From positions 248,001 through 312,000 of the forward strand of contig NW_026864813.1 of assembly GCF_026571515.1 (NCBI RefSeq): 64,000 nt of DNA, read 5' to 3'. The notes below the pieces were generated by a model that was not told the origin of the DNA, ran no database searches, and worked only from the letters and a program-made list of their open reading frames with translations. Made by a program: the position numbers and the translations under genes. How positions within the stretch are numbered: the first letter of the stretch is position 1; each line of letters starts with the position of its first letter. The stretch comes from Ruditapes philippinarum. Its lineage: Eukaryota. Below are positions 14,701-26,600 of this stretch, piece by piece.

Positions 14701-17700
14701 ACTGGTGTCATATGAAGAGATATGGTTGTGCCCCGACTAGGGCTCAAACTCATGATCCCTGGGTTGAGAGGCAGACACCTTAACCACTAGGCCACCGTTC
14801 CCCTTCCCAGGTAAGGATCTAGCATGTTCAAGACCCCTAATCCATCTTCTGGATCTGCGCATAAATAAGAACAAACTTTCAAAATTTTAAACATTACCTC
14901 TAAATCAACAATTGAATAACAATTATTTTGCCAATCAATCTATCCATGCCAACATACATTTAAGCCCATCAATGTCATCATCATTTAATCCTCAAAAGTG
15001 TAATAAATAGCATAACATAAAAGTGAATTTTAAGTGATAGTACAACAACTCATTTCAGTTTATGTTATAAATACCATCCCAGACTAGTATAAAATTTTTC
15101 ATTTGATAAACTTTAGCATTCTTTAAGATGTCCCACATAGCTAGGGTAGAATTTGGTTATTATGTACATAATGAATAGGTCATACATGTACAAGTCAGAT
15201 TTCAGTACAAATTTCTACAAAATATCAAAGAATATCTATACTTTTCAATTGTAGACCAACAAAATATATATAAATCATATTTTGGATTTTCAAATTTTCA
15301 ATGTAACATTAAATGGGAGTGAATGTGATCTTTGATCTTGCAGCTGCTTGGTCTTCAAATTTCAAGTGATTCTACTATGTCATTCAAAATTTTGTGTCAA
15401 ACTGACATTATCAGTGTATATGTATGTGCCACTACTTGACACAAATTTGTCATGTATCAACTTCTTTGAGAACAATTTAAGGACCAAGACTGTTGAAATA
15501 GTAATGTTGACCTTGATATTTAACCTCATTACAGAGCACTTGTGAGTATAAGCTTATACAAATCTTGACATATTATGCAAAGGGCAACACAAAACTGTAA
15601 TATAAAAGTTAATATTTAGGTCACCATGACCTTGACCTTTGTCTGAATGACATAAAATTCTAAAGGAGTCATTAACTTGTTGTAAAAAACGTCTACACTA
15701 AGGGTTCTCTAGTAGTAGTTACTGGTCGGACAGCTTTTATCCCACACAATGCCACAGAAACCTTGACCTTTGAAAAACTGACCCCAAAATTAATACTGGT
15801 TGGACTGTGCACCTCTATTAGTCATGGCCAAACTCAACACTGAGTCTTCAGACTGTAGGCAAAAATGTTCTACATTTGGTCAGACAAGCTTTTTGTAGAA
15901 AACACACCAAACTTGGAACTTGACCTTTGACCCCAAAATCAAAAGGTGTCATCTACTAGTGATAACCAAACTTAACATAAAATCTCAAGACTAGTCCAAT
16001 TCATACCCTAGTTATTTGTCAGGCAAGGTGAGGCCTACGGACAGACTGACACTGAGCAAAGCAATATACCCCATTTCTTCAATAGACTTATTTCTTCTGA
16101 AGTTATTGATGAAGATTTTATACAAAGTGTCACCATGACGATAACCTTATGACGTAAATATCAGCAGGGAAGGACATTGTCCCTAACCAAGATTTATTCC
16201 TTTTGTTATAAATCTGATATAAATCAGAAAAGGATTATACATCAAATGTAACTATGACCTTGACCTTTGACCAAGCACCATACCATTATATGATCAGAGT
16301 TACCTTCTGATGCATCATGAAATGTTGCTAAAACTTCCTTACTTTCTTACTTTCTGTAGTTCTTGAAATTTAAGAACAAGATCATTCTGTTTTTTACTTA
16401 TTTTCGTCTAAAGTGCAAATTATTATATTTATCAATTATTGTAACATTGCTTATAGTAAGCATACTTATTGGTCTAATGTTGGCATCCACTTGACTGTCA
16501 ATTGATCCACATACATGTGAACTCTCCCACTTTTAGCGGGAGACTCCCACTTTCTGCAGCCGTATTTCAAAGATTTTTCTTAAAAAAAGGGGTATTTTCA
16601 CAAATTAAAGAAATCTCCCTACTTTTGATGTCAGAACTTCCTTCTTTGTTTATTGCAAATTCTAAAAACTCCCCTCTTTTTGAAGAAAAATCTCCCACTT
16701 GATCATCAAAAAAGTTCACATGTATGGATCCATAAACAAATTGTGTTTTAAATCTTGTTATTTCCGAAAACTACATTGATAAATTTTAACAACTTCATGT
16801 CAAGACAATATAAAGAATCAGGGTCAGTTCTGACCTAAACCTTACTTGGCCCACTAGTTAACTCAAACATAGCCTTTTACCAACAAAAAGTTACATGTAT
16901 CCTTTTACACTGATCAACAAGACATAATGATGGCCTGTGCACCAAAGTGAATGAGAAGACAAGGAAACCCTAACCTCCAGTGCCTTGTCTTCTCTAAGAG
17001 AAAAAGAAACTATCAATATGACAAGTTCAGATATACATATACCTTATTTCTTAGATGCAGAGAATATGAAGGAGTCTGATTTTAAAATTTAACAAGATAT
17101 GTTTGTAAAACATGTATGCCCCCTATCAGCAGCCAATTATTCATGTGATAAGGTAATTATGCATGACTTCTGACCCAGTGATCAAACAATTAATAAGGGT
17201 TATCAAGTATCTACTGGTCATGACCTTGACCTTTGACCCCTTGACCCAAAACTCAATAGGGGTCATCTGCTGGTCAAGACAAATCATCATACAAAGTTTG
17301 AAGTTCCTAGGCCTAAGCGTTTTTACTTAATTGATCAGAAACCGTTTTTACTTACAAGGTCAATGTGACCTTGACCTTTGACCCCTTGACCCCAAAATCA
17401 ATAGGGGTCATTTGCTGGTCATGACTAATCACCATGCCAAGTTTTGAAGTTCCTAGGCCTAAGGGTTCTTTTATTATTGATCCGAAACCGTTTTAACATA
17501 CAAGGTCAATGTGACCTTGACCTTTGACCCCAAAATCAATAGGGGTCATCTGCTGATCATGACCAATCACTATGCCAAGTTTGAAGTTCCTAGGCCGAAG
17601 TGTTCTTTAGTTATTGATCAGAAACCGTTTTTACTTACAAGGTCAATGTGACCTTGACCTTTGACCCCTTGATCCCAAAATCGAAAGGGGTAATCTGCTG

Positions 17701-19807
17701 GTCATGAAAAATCACCATACCAAGTTTGAAGTTCCTAGGCCTAAGCGTTCTTAAGTTATTGATCAGAAACCGTTTTTACTTACAAGGTTGATGTGACCTT
17801 GACCTTTGACCCCTTGACCCAAAACTCAATAGGGGTCATCTGCTGGTCACCAACAATCATCATACAAAGTTTGAAGTTCCTAGGCCTAAGCGTTTTTTAG
17901 TTAATTGATCGAAAACCGTTTTTACCTACAAGGTCAATGTTACATGACCTTTGACCCCTTGACCCTAAAAACAATAGGTCATCTGCTGGTCATGACCAAT
18001 CACCATACCAAGTTTGAAGTTCCTAGGCCTAAGGGTTCTTAAGTTATTGATCGGAAAGCATTTTTACCTACAAGGTCAATGTGACCTTTCCCTTTGACCC
18101 CTTAACCCCAAAATCAGTAGGGGTCATCTGCTGGTCATGACCAATCACCATACCAAGTTTGAAGTTCCTAGGCCTAAGGGTTCTTTAGTTATTGATCGGA
18201 AACTGCTTTTACCTAAGAGGTCAATGTGACATTGACCTTTGACCCCTTGACCCCAAAATCAATAGGGGTCATCTACTGATCATGACCAATCACCATACCA
18301 AGTTTGAAGTTCCTAGGCCTAAGGGTTCTTTAGTTATTGATCCGAAACTGTTTTTACCTAAGAGGTCAATGTGACCTTGACCTTTGACCCCTTGACCCCA
18401 AAATCAATAGGGGTCATCTACTGATCATGACCAATCACCATATCAAGTTTGTAGTCCCTAGGCCTAAGGGTTCTTTCGTTATTGATCGGAAACCGTTTTT
18501 ACCTACAAGGTCAATGTGACCTTGACCTTTGACCCCTTAACTCCAAAATCAATAGGGGTCATCTACTGATCATGACCAATCACCATATCAAGTTTGAAGT
18601 CCCTAGGCCTAAGGGTTCTTTCCTTATTGATCGGAAACCGTTTTTACCTACAAGGTCAATGTGACCTTGACCTTTGACCACTTAACCCCAAAATCAATAG
18701 GGGTCATCTGCTGGTCATAACCAATCACCATACCAAGTTTGAAGTTCCTAGGCCTAAGGGTTCTATTGTTATTGATCGGAAACCGTTTTTACCAAAGAGG
18801 TCAATGTGACCTTGACCTTTGACCCCTTGACCCCAAAATCGTTAGGGGTCATCTACTGATCATGACCAATCACCATACCAAGTTTGAAGTTCCAAGGCCT
18901 TAAGGTTCTTTACTTATTGATCGGAAACCGTTTTTGCTTACAAGGTCAATGTGACCTTGACCTTTGACCCCTTGACCCCAAAATCAATAGGGGTCATCTA
19001 CTGATCATGACAAATCACCATACCAAGTTTGAAGTTCCTAGGCCTTAAGGTTCTTTAGTTATTGATCGGAAACCGTTTTTGCTTACAAGGTCAATGTGAC
19101 CTTGACCTTTGACCCCTTGACCCCAAAATCAATAGGGGTCATCTACTTGTCATGACCAATCACCATACCAAGTTTGAAGTTCCTAGGCCTAAGGGTTCTT
19201 TAGTTATCACTCGGAAACCATTTGGTCTACGGACGGACCGACGGACCGACGGACCGACAAGTGCAAAGCAATATACCCCCTTTTTTTCAAAAATCAGAAA
19301 ATTTGGCAAAATGTGAGGACTTCCCATTTGCTTCATCTATATGTTAAATAAAAATACCATTTAAAATGCCTACTTTGTCATTAGATAACATTTCATTCAT
19401 ATGTATTACTGACTACTTAAACTATGTCCCAGTTATTGACATTATTATATAATACTGTATCTATTCTAGTCAGCCTGTGACAAATCCTATTAAAAAATTA
19501 AACACACAATTACTTACATTTGCTAACAGTTAAAGAAATTGTAACTTTCAGATATTAACCGAAAATACGACTTCTTCATATAAACTTAACAAACTTTAAC
19601 AAAACGCACTTTAAGAACGATTATTTATCTTCTATCCGAAACGCGGGACAAATTACGCACTGTTACACTAACCAGCTAACACGTGAACTGGGTGACAATT
19701 GGCAAAATAAAACTTTACCGATTACCTGTTAACTTTCCTTTATTTCTGTTAAACTGAAATGTTGTATTTCCAACTTTAAACACAAATTTCTTTATAAAAT
19801 TATTCAT
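5740..19807 (-). CDS. TXNRD3: 5' exons of a glutaredoxin-domain protein, most likely thioredoxin-glutathione reductase (TGR/TXNRD3-like); 3' part outside the window
   Basis: Exons 19807-19726 (candidate leader MNNFIKKFVFKVGNTTFQFNRNKGKLT), 10195-10038 (..MPPTPDLKAVINDLTSKNKVMVFSKTTCPFCIQ), 6610-6550 (VKELFSSIKVDYKAMELDTE), 5826-5740 ([30 protein letters not shown]). All junctions are GT-AG with matching phases 1,0,1. CPFC dithiol and TVP motifs define a Grx domain; the MPP start resembles fish and flatworm TGRs. A stand-alone Grx2 cannot be excluded because the reductase exons are not visible. Confidence 0.8.
6225..6365 (-). mobile_element. 3' part of SINE, same family as 62218-62445
   Basis: Reverse complement cacctgaggtcttcctccaccagtaaagc...gccatatgacctaaactgtgtt matches the 62.35-62.42 kb copy. 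Confidence 0.7.
7473..9160 (+). mobile_element. Non-autonomous Helentron/HINE-like element with internal ~165-bp tandem array (copy 1)
   Basis: 5' aacaagagggcc...ggccct plus subterminal gctcacctg; about 9 units each with ggggcggggccaattttgaccccaggg; (GGAC)n microsatellite; 3' hairpin agctcgccctgtcactttgtgacaggtgagct containing the inverted subTIR caggtgagc. This layout matches described bivalve pearl/HINE elements. Confidence 0.85.
10731..11269. mobile_element. MITE with ~170-bp near-perfect TIRs, CAC...GTG ends, possible TTTTT TSD (CMC/Transib-like)
   Basis: cacgcccgtttaactcacaacgagtgaaaaatg... at 10731 is the reverse complement of ...catttttcactcgttgtgagttaaacgggcgtg ending 11269; five T on each flank. 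Confidence 0.88.
11597..13030 (+). mobile_element. Non-autonomous Helentron/HINE-like element with ~165-bp tandem array (copy 2)
   Basis: Same termini, microsatellite and 3' hairpin as 7473-9160; about 7 units. Confidence 0.85.
13710..13890. repeat. Local ~97-bp tandem duplication
   Basis: aatcaaacctacttgcccccataaggccaaaatttgtttgtttcttgtttccagtt occurs at ~13711 and ~13807. Confidence 0.85.
14218..14385 (-). mobile_element. Degenerate SINE, same family as 62218-62445
   Basis: agctttactggtgccggaaaacctcaggtgcc...aggtacaaacggg matches the 6.3-kb and 62.3-kb copies. Confidence 0.6.
14625..14802 (-). mobile_element. tRNA-derived SINE
   Basis: Minus strand GGAACGGTGGCCTAGTGGTTAAGGTGTCTGCCTCTCAACCCAGGGATCATGAGTTTGAGCCC has a Pol III A box and a degenerate B box, followed by a non-tRNA body shared with 3.5 kb. 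Confidence 0.75.
15590..16082 (+). mobile_element. Old degenerate copy of the TGACCTTGACC-array HINE-like family
   Basis: Three decayed units with (tga)ccttgacctttg, then acggacagactgac and gcaaagcaatatacccc, as at 19230-19285. Confidence 0.7.
17091..19292 (+). mobile_element. Non-autonomous Helentron/HINE-like element with ~14 x ~145-bp tandem array
   Basis: 5' aacaagatatg...tatgccccc; units caaggtcaatgtgaccttgacctttgaccccttgaccccaaaatcaataggggtcatc...; (GGACCGAC)n microsatellite; end aaagcaatataccccc with the 3' hairpin apparently truncated. Confidence 0.85.
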
Positions 19808-20228
19808 GAAGTTTCAGTTTTTGACATTTTCAGCCGGTGTGTACTTAACACTTGATTTATATCAAGATATTTTTAGATTACAACTTTAATCGAGTAAATA
19901 TTGTACAAGGAAAAATGAATGAATGAAAAACAAAACAACGCTATTGCCCAAGGCCATTTCTAAAAGACTAGCAAACCCCTTTAAATTGGGGATGTTAACT
20001 AATTGGCGATGTACTGGTTTTTCATCTACATCTACATTATACTGCAGGGTTTTCTGTTGGTTACAGATTAAAATTTCATTCAAATGTCTGGATACTGTAT
20101 AAAAATAGGTTGTAACCTAAACTGTTGTGATTAAAAAAAAGAAGAAATTTATCGTATATCCGTAATAATTTCATAATTATTTAGTCGCTATCATACCAGG
20201 CTACTGTACGAATGCCAGGCAAACTCTT

Positions 20229-21270
20229 TTGCGTTTACTTGAGGATGGAACATACGATACGTATAGTACATCCCAGCTTGAGGACTGGAAGATGGCGTTC
20301 TTGAAAGACAGAAATGAGCATTTTGCAGCAACCCTAATGGGTCCGTCCAAGGCTTTTGACCGTCTACCGCATGATCTCACAGTCCACAACCTAGGGGCAT
20401 ATGGGGTGCCTGAAAATGTATGTGGTCCAGTTTCAAATTATCTATTTAACAGTAAACAAAAAGTTAAAATAGGAGAATCCATTCTTGGGCCCTTGATCTT
20501 CAACATCTTCATGACTGATATCTTTTACTTTATAGACTTTTTAACTCATTTGTTTTATATAAAGTAAACAATGTAAATTAGTTATAATGAGGTGATATTT
20601 CAGTAAATATTGATCTATAAGTCCACCCTTTACAGTTATGCATATATGACAATACTCTAGCCTTCTCCAACTCAAACTTAGACCTAATGAAATAAAACTT
20701 GGAAAATGAAAGCAAACTAGATTAATATTAACTGGTTCAACATGAATAAAATGCAACCTAACCCGCTCATGTTTCAACAATGTCAAATTAATAATGTAAT
20801 AATAAATTGTAAATATTGTGTGTAAAACTGCTTGGGGTAGACATATACTTTTTTTACTTAACTTTTATAAACAGATCACCAGAATGTGTATCAATTAAAT
20901 GTGCTTTTAAGAATAAACGGTTTAATTTGAATTCAGAATGTTTACTTCTTGTTTATAAATCTTTTATTAGATATAACTTTAACTGTTGTCCATTGAAAAA
21001 AGTAAATATGCTTACTCTACATTTTTAAATCTAGAATCAAAACGTGTTCAAATACAGTCACGAAAAATCACCACCATAATTATATAAGATCGTTAATGAT
21101 TTCCTAGTAGTTCAATTAAAAAAAATCCAATTACTCTTTTAGGTATCAAAGAAATGTAGATATACCGATGGTCAAAACAGTATCATACGGTAAGAATTCT
21201 TTTAGGTTTGAGAAACAGTATCCCATATTACACCGAAAGGTTGAAAATAACAAAGGTTTTAAAGAGACTT
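20229..21270 (+). mobile_element. Decayed LINE (CR1/L2-like) reverse-transcriptase fragment
   Basis: Motifs (L)SKAFDRLPHDL...LGAYG, ILGPLIFNIFMTD and VKLLGVDI...LVYKSFI are broken by deletions and stops. Confidence 0.8.
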
Positions 21271-21699
21271 ATCCAGGTAGTCGTAAATGGTGTACATTTA
21301 AAAATTACTGCTTACTATAAGAAACTGTCACATTATCAAATTGATTTAAAGAGGTCTCTCATCGAATTCAAGACCTCGTTTATTTTGGCAGCAACACCTT
21401 ATTTGCATATATTGGTCTTATTGGCCTTCCGTGCATCAAAATAGTAAACATCACAGAAATCAACTTGCATACATATTTAATATCATACAATGAATTTCCG
21501 ATTTAAAATTTGTAGGTCATTTTTGGTATATGATAATTAAGCTTTAAGGACATGAAGAGTGACATGTCCGGGGTCAGTAAACTCTCAGTGCCTGAAAAGG
21601 CGGATGGACCCATGTAGTCCCTCAATGAGCATAGAATATTCACATTCCATTCCTTCGTTAGTCCTCTTTAATTCAGTTACATTTAGAACTCTCATTTGA

Positions 21700-22330
21700 A
21701 AAAGCTGAAGTAAATTAATTTTTGATATTTTCGATTATATTGGAAAGGTCTTCAATTTATTTATTTCAGGCTTTGAATAATTGTAACGTTAGTATTAATA
21801 TATGAATTAGGGAGCTCTCCAATTATGTAAAGATCCAGTTATCAATTACATAACAATGTTATGCGCGCTGTAATTATTTTAAGATATCTAAGTGAAATCG
21901 AGACCTCTACGTTATTTGATAGTTCTTTCATTATTTAAAGAGCTCTTCAAATATACTTTTGTTTGTTTTGAAAGAAGACATGTTTACAATAGGCACAATT
22001 TCAATAAAAAATATTTAAATATTGATAAGAAAAACAATAGATCCGAATCAGTTATATATTCGTATTTCTGAAAAACACAATTTTAATAGAGTTCTAGTTG
22101 CTCCACTGAAGCATAAAAGCAGAGATGTAGATGTTATCTATGTCTCTGATAAAAGCCCATAAAACATGAAAGTTGAAATTCTGTTATAGCAGCAATTAGG
22201 GCACTTAAAATTGAAAACTATCCAAATATAATGCAGAAATTTATTCGGAATTAAAGTGAAAATTAACTTTTCGAGTGATTCGTAGCCTTATTTTCCCGTA
22301 AAACGTTTCAACTATTTTTTTTGTTTTAGG
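21700..22330 (+). repeat. Dispersed degenerate repeat, related copy at 31570-31990
   Basis: Shared blocks such as atagcagcaattagggcacttaaaattgaaaa and atagaacaacttaggcacttaaaattgaaaa. Confidence 0.5.
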
Positions 22331-22493
22331 TCATTTATTTTCATAATATAAATTGTTATTCTAATAAATTAGCAAAAAACACGCACACGTGTACGTTATC
22401 GGTCCAGACTTCATCAAATGGTGTATAAATCTCAAACAAATAAATTCTGATCCCTCCATGGCATTAAACCACAGTGGAGTGTCTTTGTTATAT

Positions 22494-22730
22494 GAGCCGC
22501 GCCATGACAAAACCAACATAATGGGTTTGCGACCAGCATGGATCCAGACCAGCCTGCGCATCCGCGCAGTCTGATCAGGATCAATGCTGTTCGCTTACAA
22601 ACCCTATAACAAGTAGAAAAAGTAGATAAGCGAACAACATGGATCCTGATCAGACTGCGCGGATGCGCAGGCTGGTCTGGATCCATGCTGGTCGCAAACC
22701 CATTATGCTGGTTCTGTCGTGACGCGGCTC
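22494..22730. mobile_element. Palindromic MITE, ~100-bp TIRs, GAG...CTC ends, ATAT TSD (Sola-like)
   Basis: atat-gagccgcgccatgacaaaaccaacataatgggtttgcgaccagc... and ...gctggtcgcaaacccattatgctggttctgtcgtgacgcggctc-atat. Confidence 0.88.
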
Positions 22731-23699
22731 ATATTTTGTTATTCTTGGCTTTAAATAAGTTGTGCTCATTCTATGCATTTAAAAAGTCTTTCCATGTAGC
22801 TATTTTGTAAGAATTAAATTGCAAAGCGCGGAAATTAAATATTCTAAAGCGAGTGACATGTACATATCGACTTTAAAGATAATAATTGCGGAACTAGATG
22901 TAGTAGATTTATTTAGTTTTAATTTAATAATTTTTGCTAGGGTATTAGTTTTGTTTATTAGTATTGTTGCCACAAGGCAATATATTAAGCTGAAAATATC
23001 GAACACAATTTTTGGAGAGCAGTTCAAGTTACTTAGGGATTAAATGCCAATACACCGATATGGTCAACAGGTCAGAGGTGCGAATTAATATAATTTTAGT
23101 GCTATACTTCTCAGAAAAAATACAAAAAGCCAATCTAATTTTACGAATATAATTTCTCCTTTCTACTAAAAAACGTATTAACATTGTATGACGTCAAGAC
23201 CATGTGGCAAATTCGCCCAGGAATTAAAATTCATCTCGTCTCATCCTTAACTCGCATCACGAAATATAGGAAATAAATTTCTTAATACCCTAGCTAGCTA
23301 TATATATACATGATATTGAAACAAAAATCTAAATGAAAATTAGCCCCATGAAAGCTTCGTTGTCTCTCCGAGTACAAGTATTACATATATTGCTCTTTTG
23401 CTGTCAGAAGCACTGTTTACTTATTTATTAACATACAAATTGCATAATTTGTACATTCATTATGTTGATTATACTTTTATATATTTGTCTTATTAGAGAT
23501 ATGGTGATATTTATCCCCGGTTCAGTTACTACAGATTCGACAAACACCCATGGCAATATCATACTATCCGAAACCTTTTTGAAGAATTCACTTTCATTTT
23601 TTACGGTCCCCTTTCTTTTTTTAATAAGTATAACGAACAAACTTGGAAATGATTTTCGTAGCACACAAGGCGACATTATGCTTTTCGATTCTTTCAAAA

Positions 23700-26600
23700 A
23701 TGCACACATTCATTCATTTTTTATGTTTAATGGTTTCGCCATTTTTACCAGGTAAGTGATATTATTATCATTATTATTATTGTTATTATTATCCTGAGGA
23801 AAACTTTATGAATATATTTTATTAATTTTATGAAAAATAGACACACGTAAAGATGCACCGAAGGCAATTAAAACGAATCAGTCACTTCCCACTAAAGTGT
23901 TTACTTGGATATATGTACGACGTATATATCGACGTTTTATATATATTTTAGCATACCTTATGCATTGGAAATAACTTAGGAAATAATCTCTCCCACCATG
24001 TCATCATGGAACATGAATGGAGCCTATTCAGAAATGAATAAATTTTTACTCCTACATAGAAAGGGCCTCAAAAGGAAGAGGGCGGGGGGGGGGGGGGGCA
24101 AAAAGCCGTCAAAACACATCTATCTATATGAGGTGAAAGGTTAAATGAAACAAACTTTTGATGGCATCTGTTTATAATGTAGTGTTTTCAGATTATCATG
24201 GTCCTCATAAATATAATGAGTAATTTATCGTACATGCTTTTTATCTTTTGAGCACTACACTGTGAGCTGCATGTATAAGAACTTATCGAAATGTCTGACC
24301 ATACTCAATATTTTTAGACCCACAATTCAAATACATGTAAAAATGAACATCCCCATGCTGCCATTGGCCATAACTTAGGATAAGTTTGTAATGTACATTG
24401 CATAGAGTAAGAATTTAATGATCTATTCTTTTTTTTTTCAGTTCAGATCAGTTGCTCCTCCTCGACAGGTGGATATTGGAAGGAATGTAACGGCGTGTTT
24501 TATTATTTTAGTGCTAAGAAATATAACTGGGATGACTCTTTGCAATTTTGCGGTCATTTAGCAGACGACACTCATGTAGCTGACCTTGGCAAACAGCCGG
24601 TAGATTTAGCAAAAAGTTGTAGCTTTGATTTAAAAGACAATAGGCAATACTGGATAGGTAAGATTTAAGGATCAAAGATTAAAGATCTGTTGAAAAGTCC
24701 AAGTATTTATTTTTAAATTTTTAAAACATTACATGCATAGAAAAAGTTTATATTTTTTCGATTTTATTCCATTTCTTTGAATTGTTATTATGTAAGTAAC
24801 CTTTAGTTATCTATATTGGTTTTAGATATAAAATGATCGAACGTTATTCTTATCTAGACATTCAAAAAGTGTAGACGTCGATCTAAAATTGATACTGTCA
24901 TCCTTTTTTCCGTTAGAATGCTGGTACGGGCAGGCACAGAGCGATTGTACAACATTAAAAAAGCAAAGGCAAAAATTAGAACGCCGTCTAACATCATGCA
25001 ATACCATCGCATATCCTATATGCGGAACAAGAAAAAGGCCTATCAAAGCACTGCCAACAGACAAAAAATCAACACCCGCACTAACATCGAAGAAACCTAC
25101 GCGCGCACAAATAACAAAAGGCTTAAAAACCACATCAACAACGCATGTTCAGGCAACAACATCTCGAAACACGGTGCAAGCAACAACAAAGGTAACACAT
25201 GTACCAACAACAAGAACGTTAACGCGTGCGCCATCAACAAGAAAATCTACACGGACACATACAACAAAACCGACCACACAGGCACCGATAACAAGAACGA
25301 AAAAGCATCTGCAAACAACAATAAACTTAACACAATTGTTTTCAATAAGAACAAAGAAGCAAACGAATACTCCAAAACCAAAAATGTCAAAGCATGTAGC
25401 AGCCAGTAAAAAGTCAATGTTTCCGCCTACAACAAAATTGTCAAAGAACGCGCCAACAGCAAAAACGTTAAGCAATGCGGCAACATTTAGAAATTCAAAA
25501 CATAAGCAAACAATGAATAAGTCAAAGTCTATGTCAGTAGCTCGAAATATAACGCATGCAACCAAAACGGTAGCGATCGTACCAATAACAAGACAGTCAT
25601 TGCACACACAGACAACAAAAACGCCAACAAAGGAACACACAGAAATAAAAACAACAGAGACACAAACAGCAAAACATACAACAGAGGCACAGACAGCAAA
25701 ACATACTTCATACTATCAGCAAGCCACGTGGAAGACAAAAAGGACAACAACGACAGTGCCGCCAACAACAGGAACAGGCATGGACAAGATTTAAATAATA
25801 AATATAATAATAAAGTTTAAAAAATGCGTTTTATATCTTTCATCTTTGCTCGTGAATTTACATTTACAAACTCTGTCGGGCTGTTTAAAATAGGTCACAT
25901 TTAAGACTTTAAAACCTGTCAGATATAAATGCGCTAGATAACAATATATATTCATATATAGATACTCTACTTTATCGAATTTACTCATTTTTTTTCAGAT
26001 TATTCTTGGGTTCGAATCAATACAAGTGAATATTTTGTCAACCATATATTGTACAATTACACTTTTGCCAGAGAGTATTGCATACGGACAAAGAATGCAT
26101 TTCTTATGACGTCACTAAGTCCTGTTCGCTACATTCAAATTCTGTCTCGACTTAATCTACGCGACGGGAAATACTGGATCAAAGGTTTGTGAGAATACTG
26201 ATTAAGGGGAGTAACCGTTGCAAGGAGTTTGTTATGAGGTTGTAAATTTTTACGCTATTGTAAAAAATAATAACGGGAGCAATGACATTAATTTCAATGA
26301 AAAAATGTTTTAATGACGTAAACCATTTAGAAAAATGCTAGAATATGTAAACAAATATCTGCAAGGGATTTGCGGCTATGATCGGAATATCTGTCCCTCG
26401 TTACCGCCAAAGTTGCGGGTACCCTCTAGACGGATAGTCCGATCCGAACTGCAAAATATGACAGATCTTCTTATTCTCGTTTAGCTCTTTTATCAATCTT
26501 ATTAAAATCAGCTCTAAATAAGGTTCCGCATTTAGATCTGACCGCGACCAAATACGAAATCATTTCTGGTGACATTGTACACAGCCAATCATCGGCGAGC

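Noticed and set aside
14740-14802. tRNA gene (also at 62218-62290)
   Set aside because: A and B boxes are present, but there is no intact cloverleaf and a shared SINE body follows.
17091-19292. CRISPR-like array (also considered for 1-1281 and the 165-bp arrays)
   Set aside because: Whole units repeat with no unique spacers, there are no cas genes, and the context is eukaryotic.
22361-22686. ORFs across the palindromic MITE
   Set aside because: Short frames inside a non-coding inverted-repeat element.
24918-25768. Alternative-frame and antisense ORFs over the gene A mucin exon
   Set aside because: Low-complexity ACA-rich sequence lacks stops; only the Thr-rich frame is in phase with the flanking exons.
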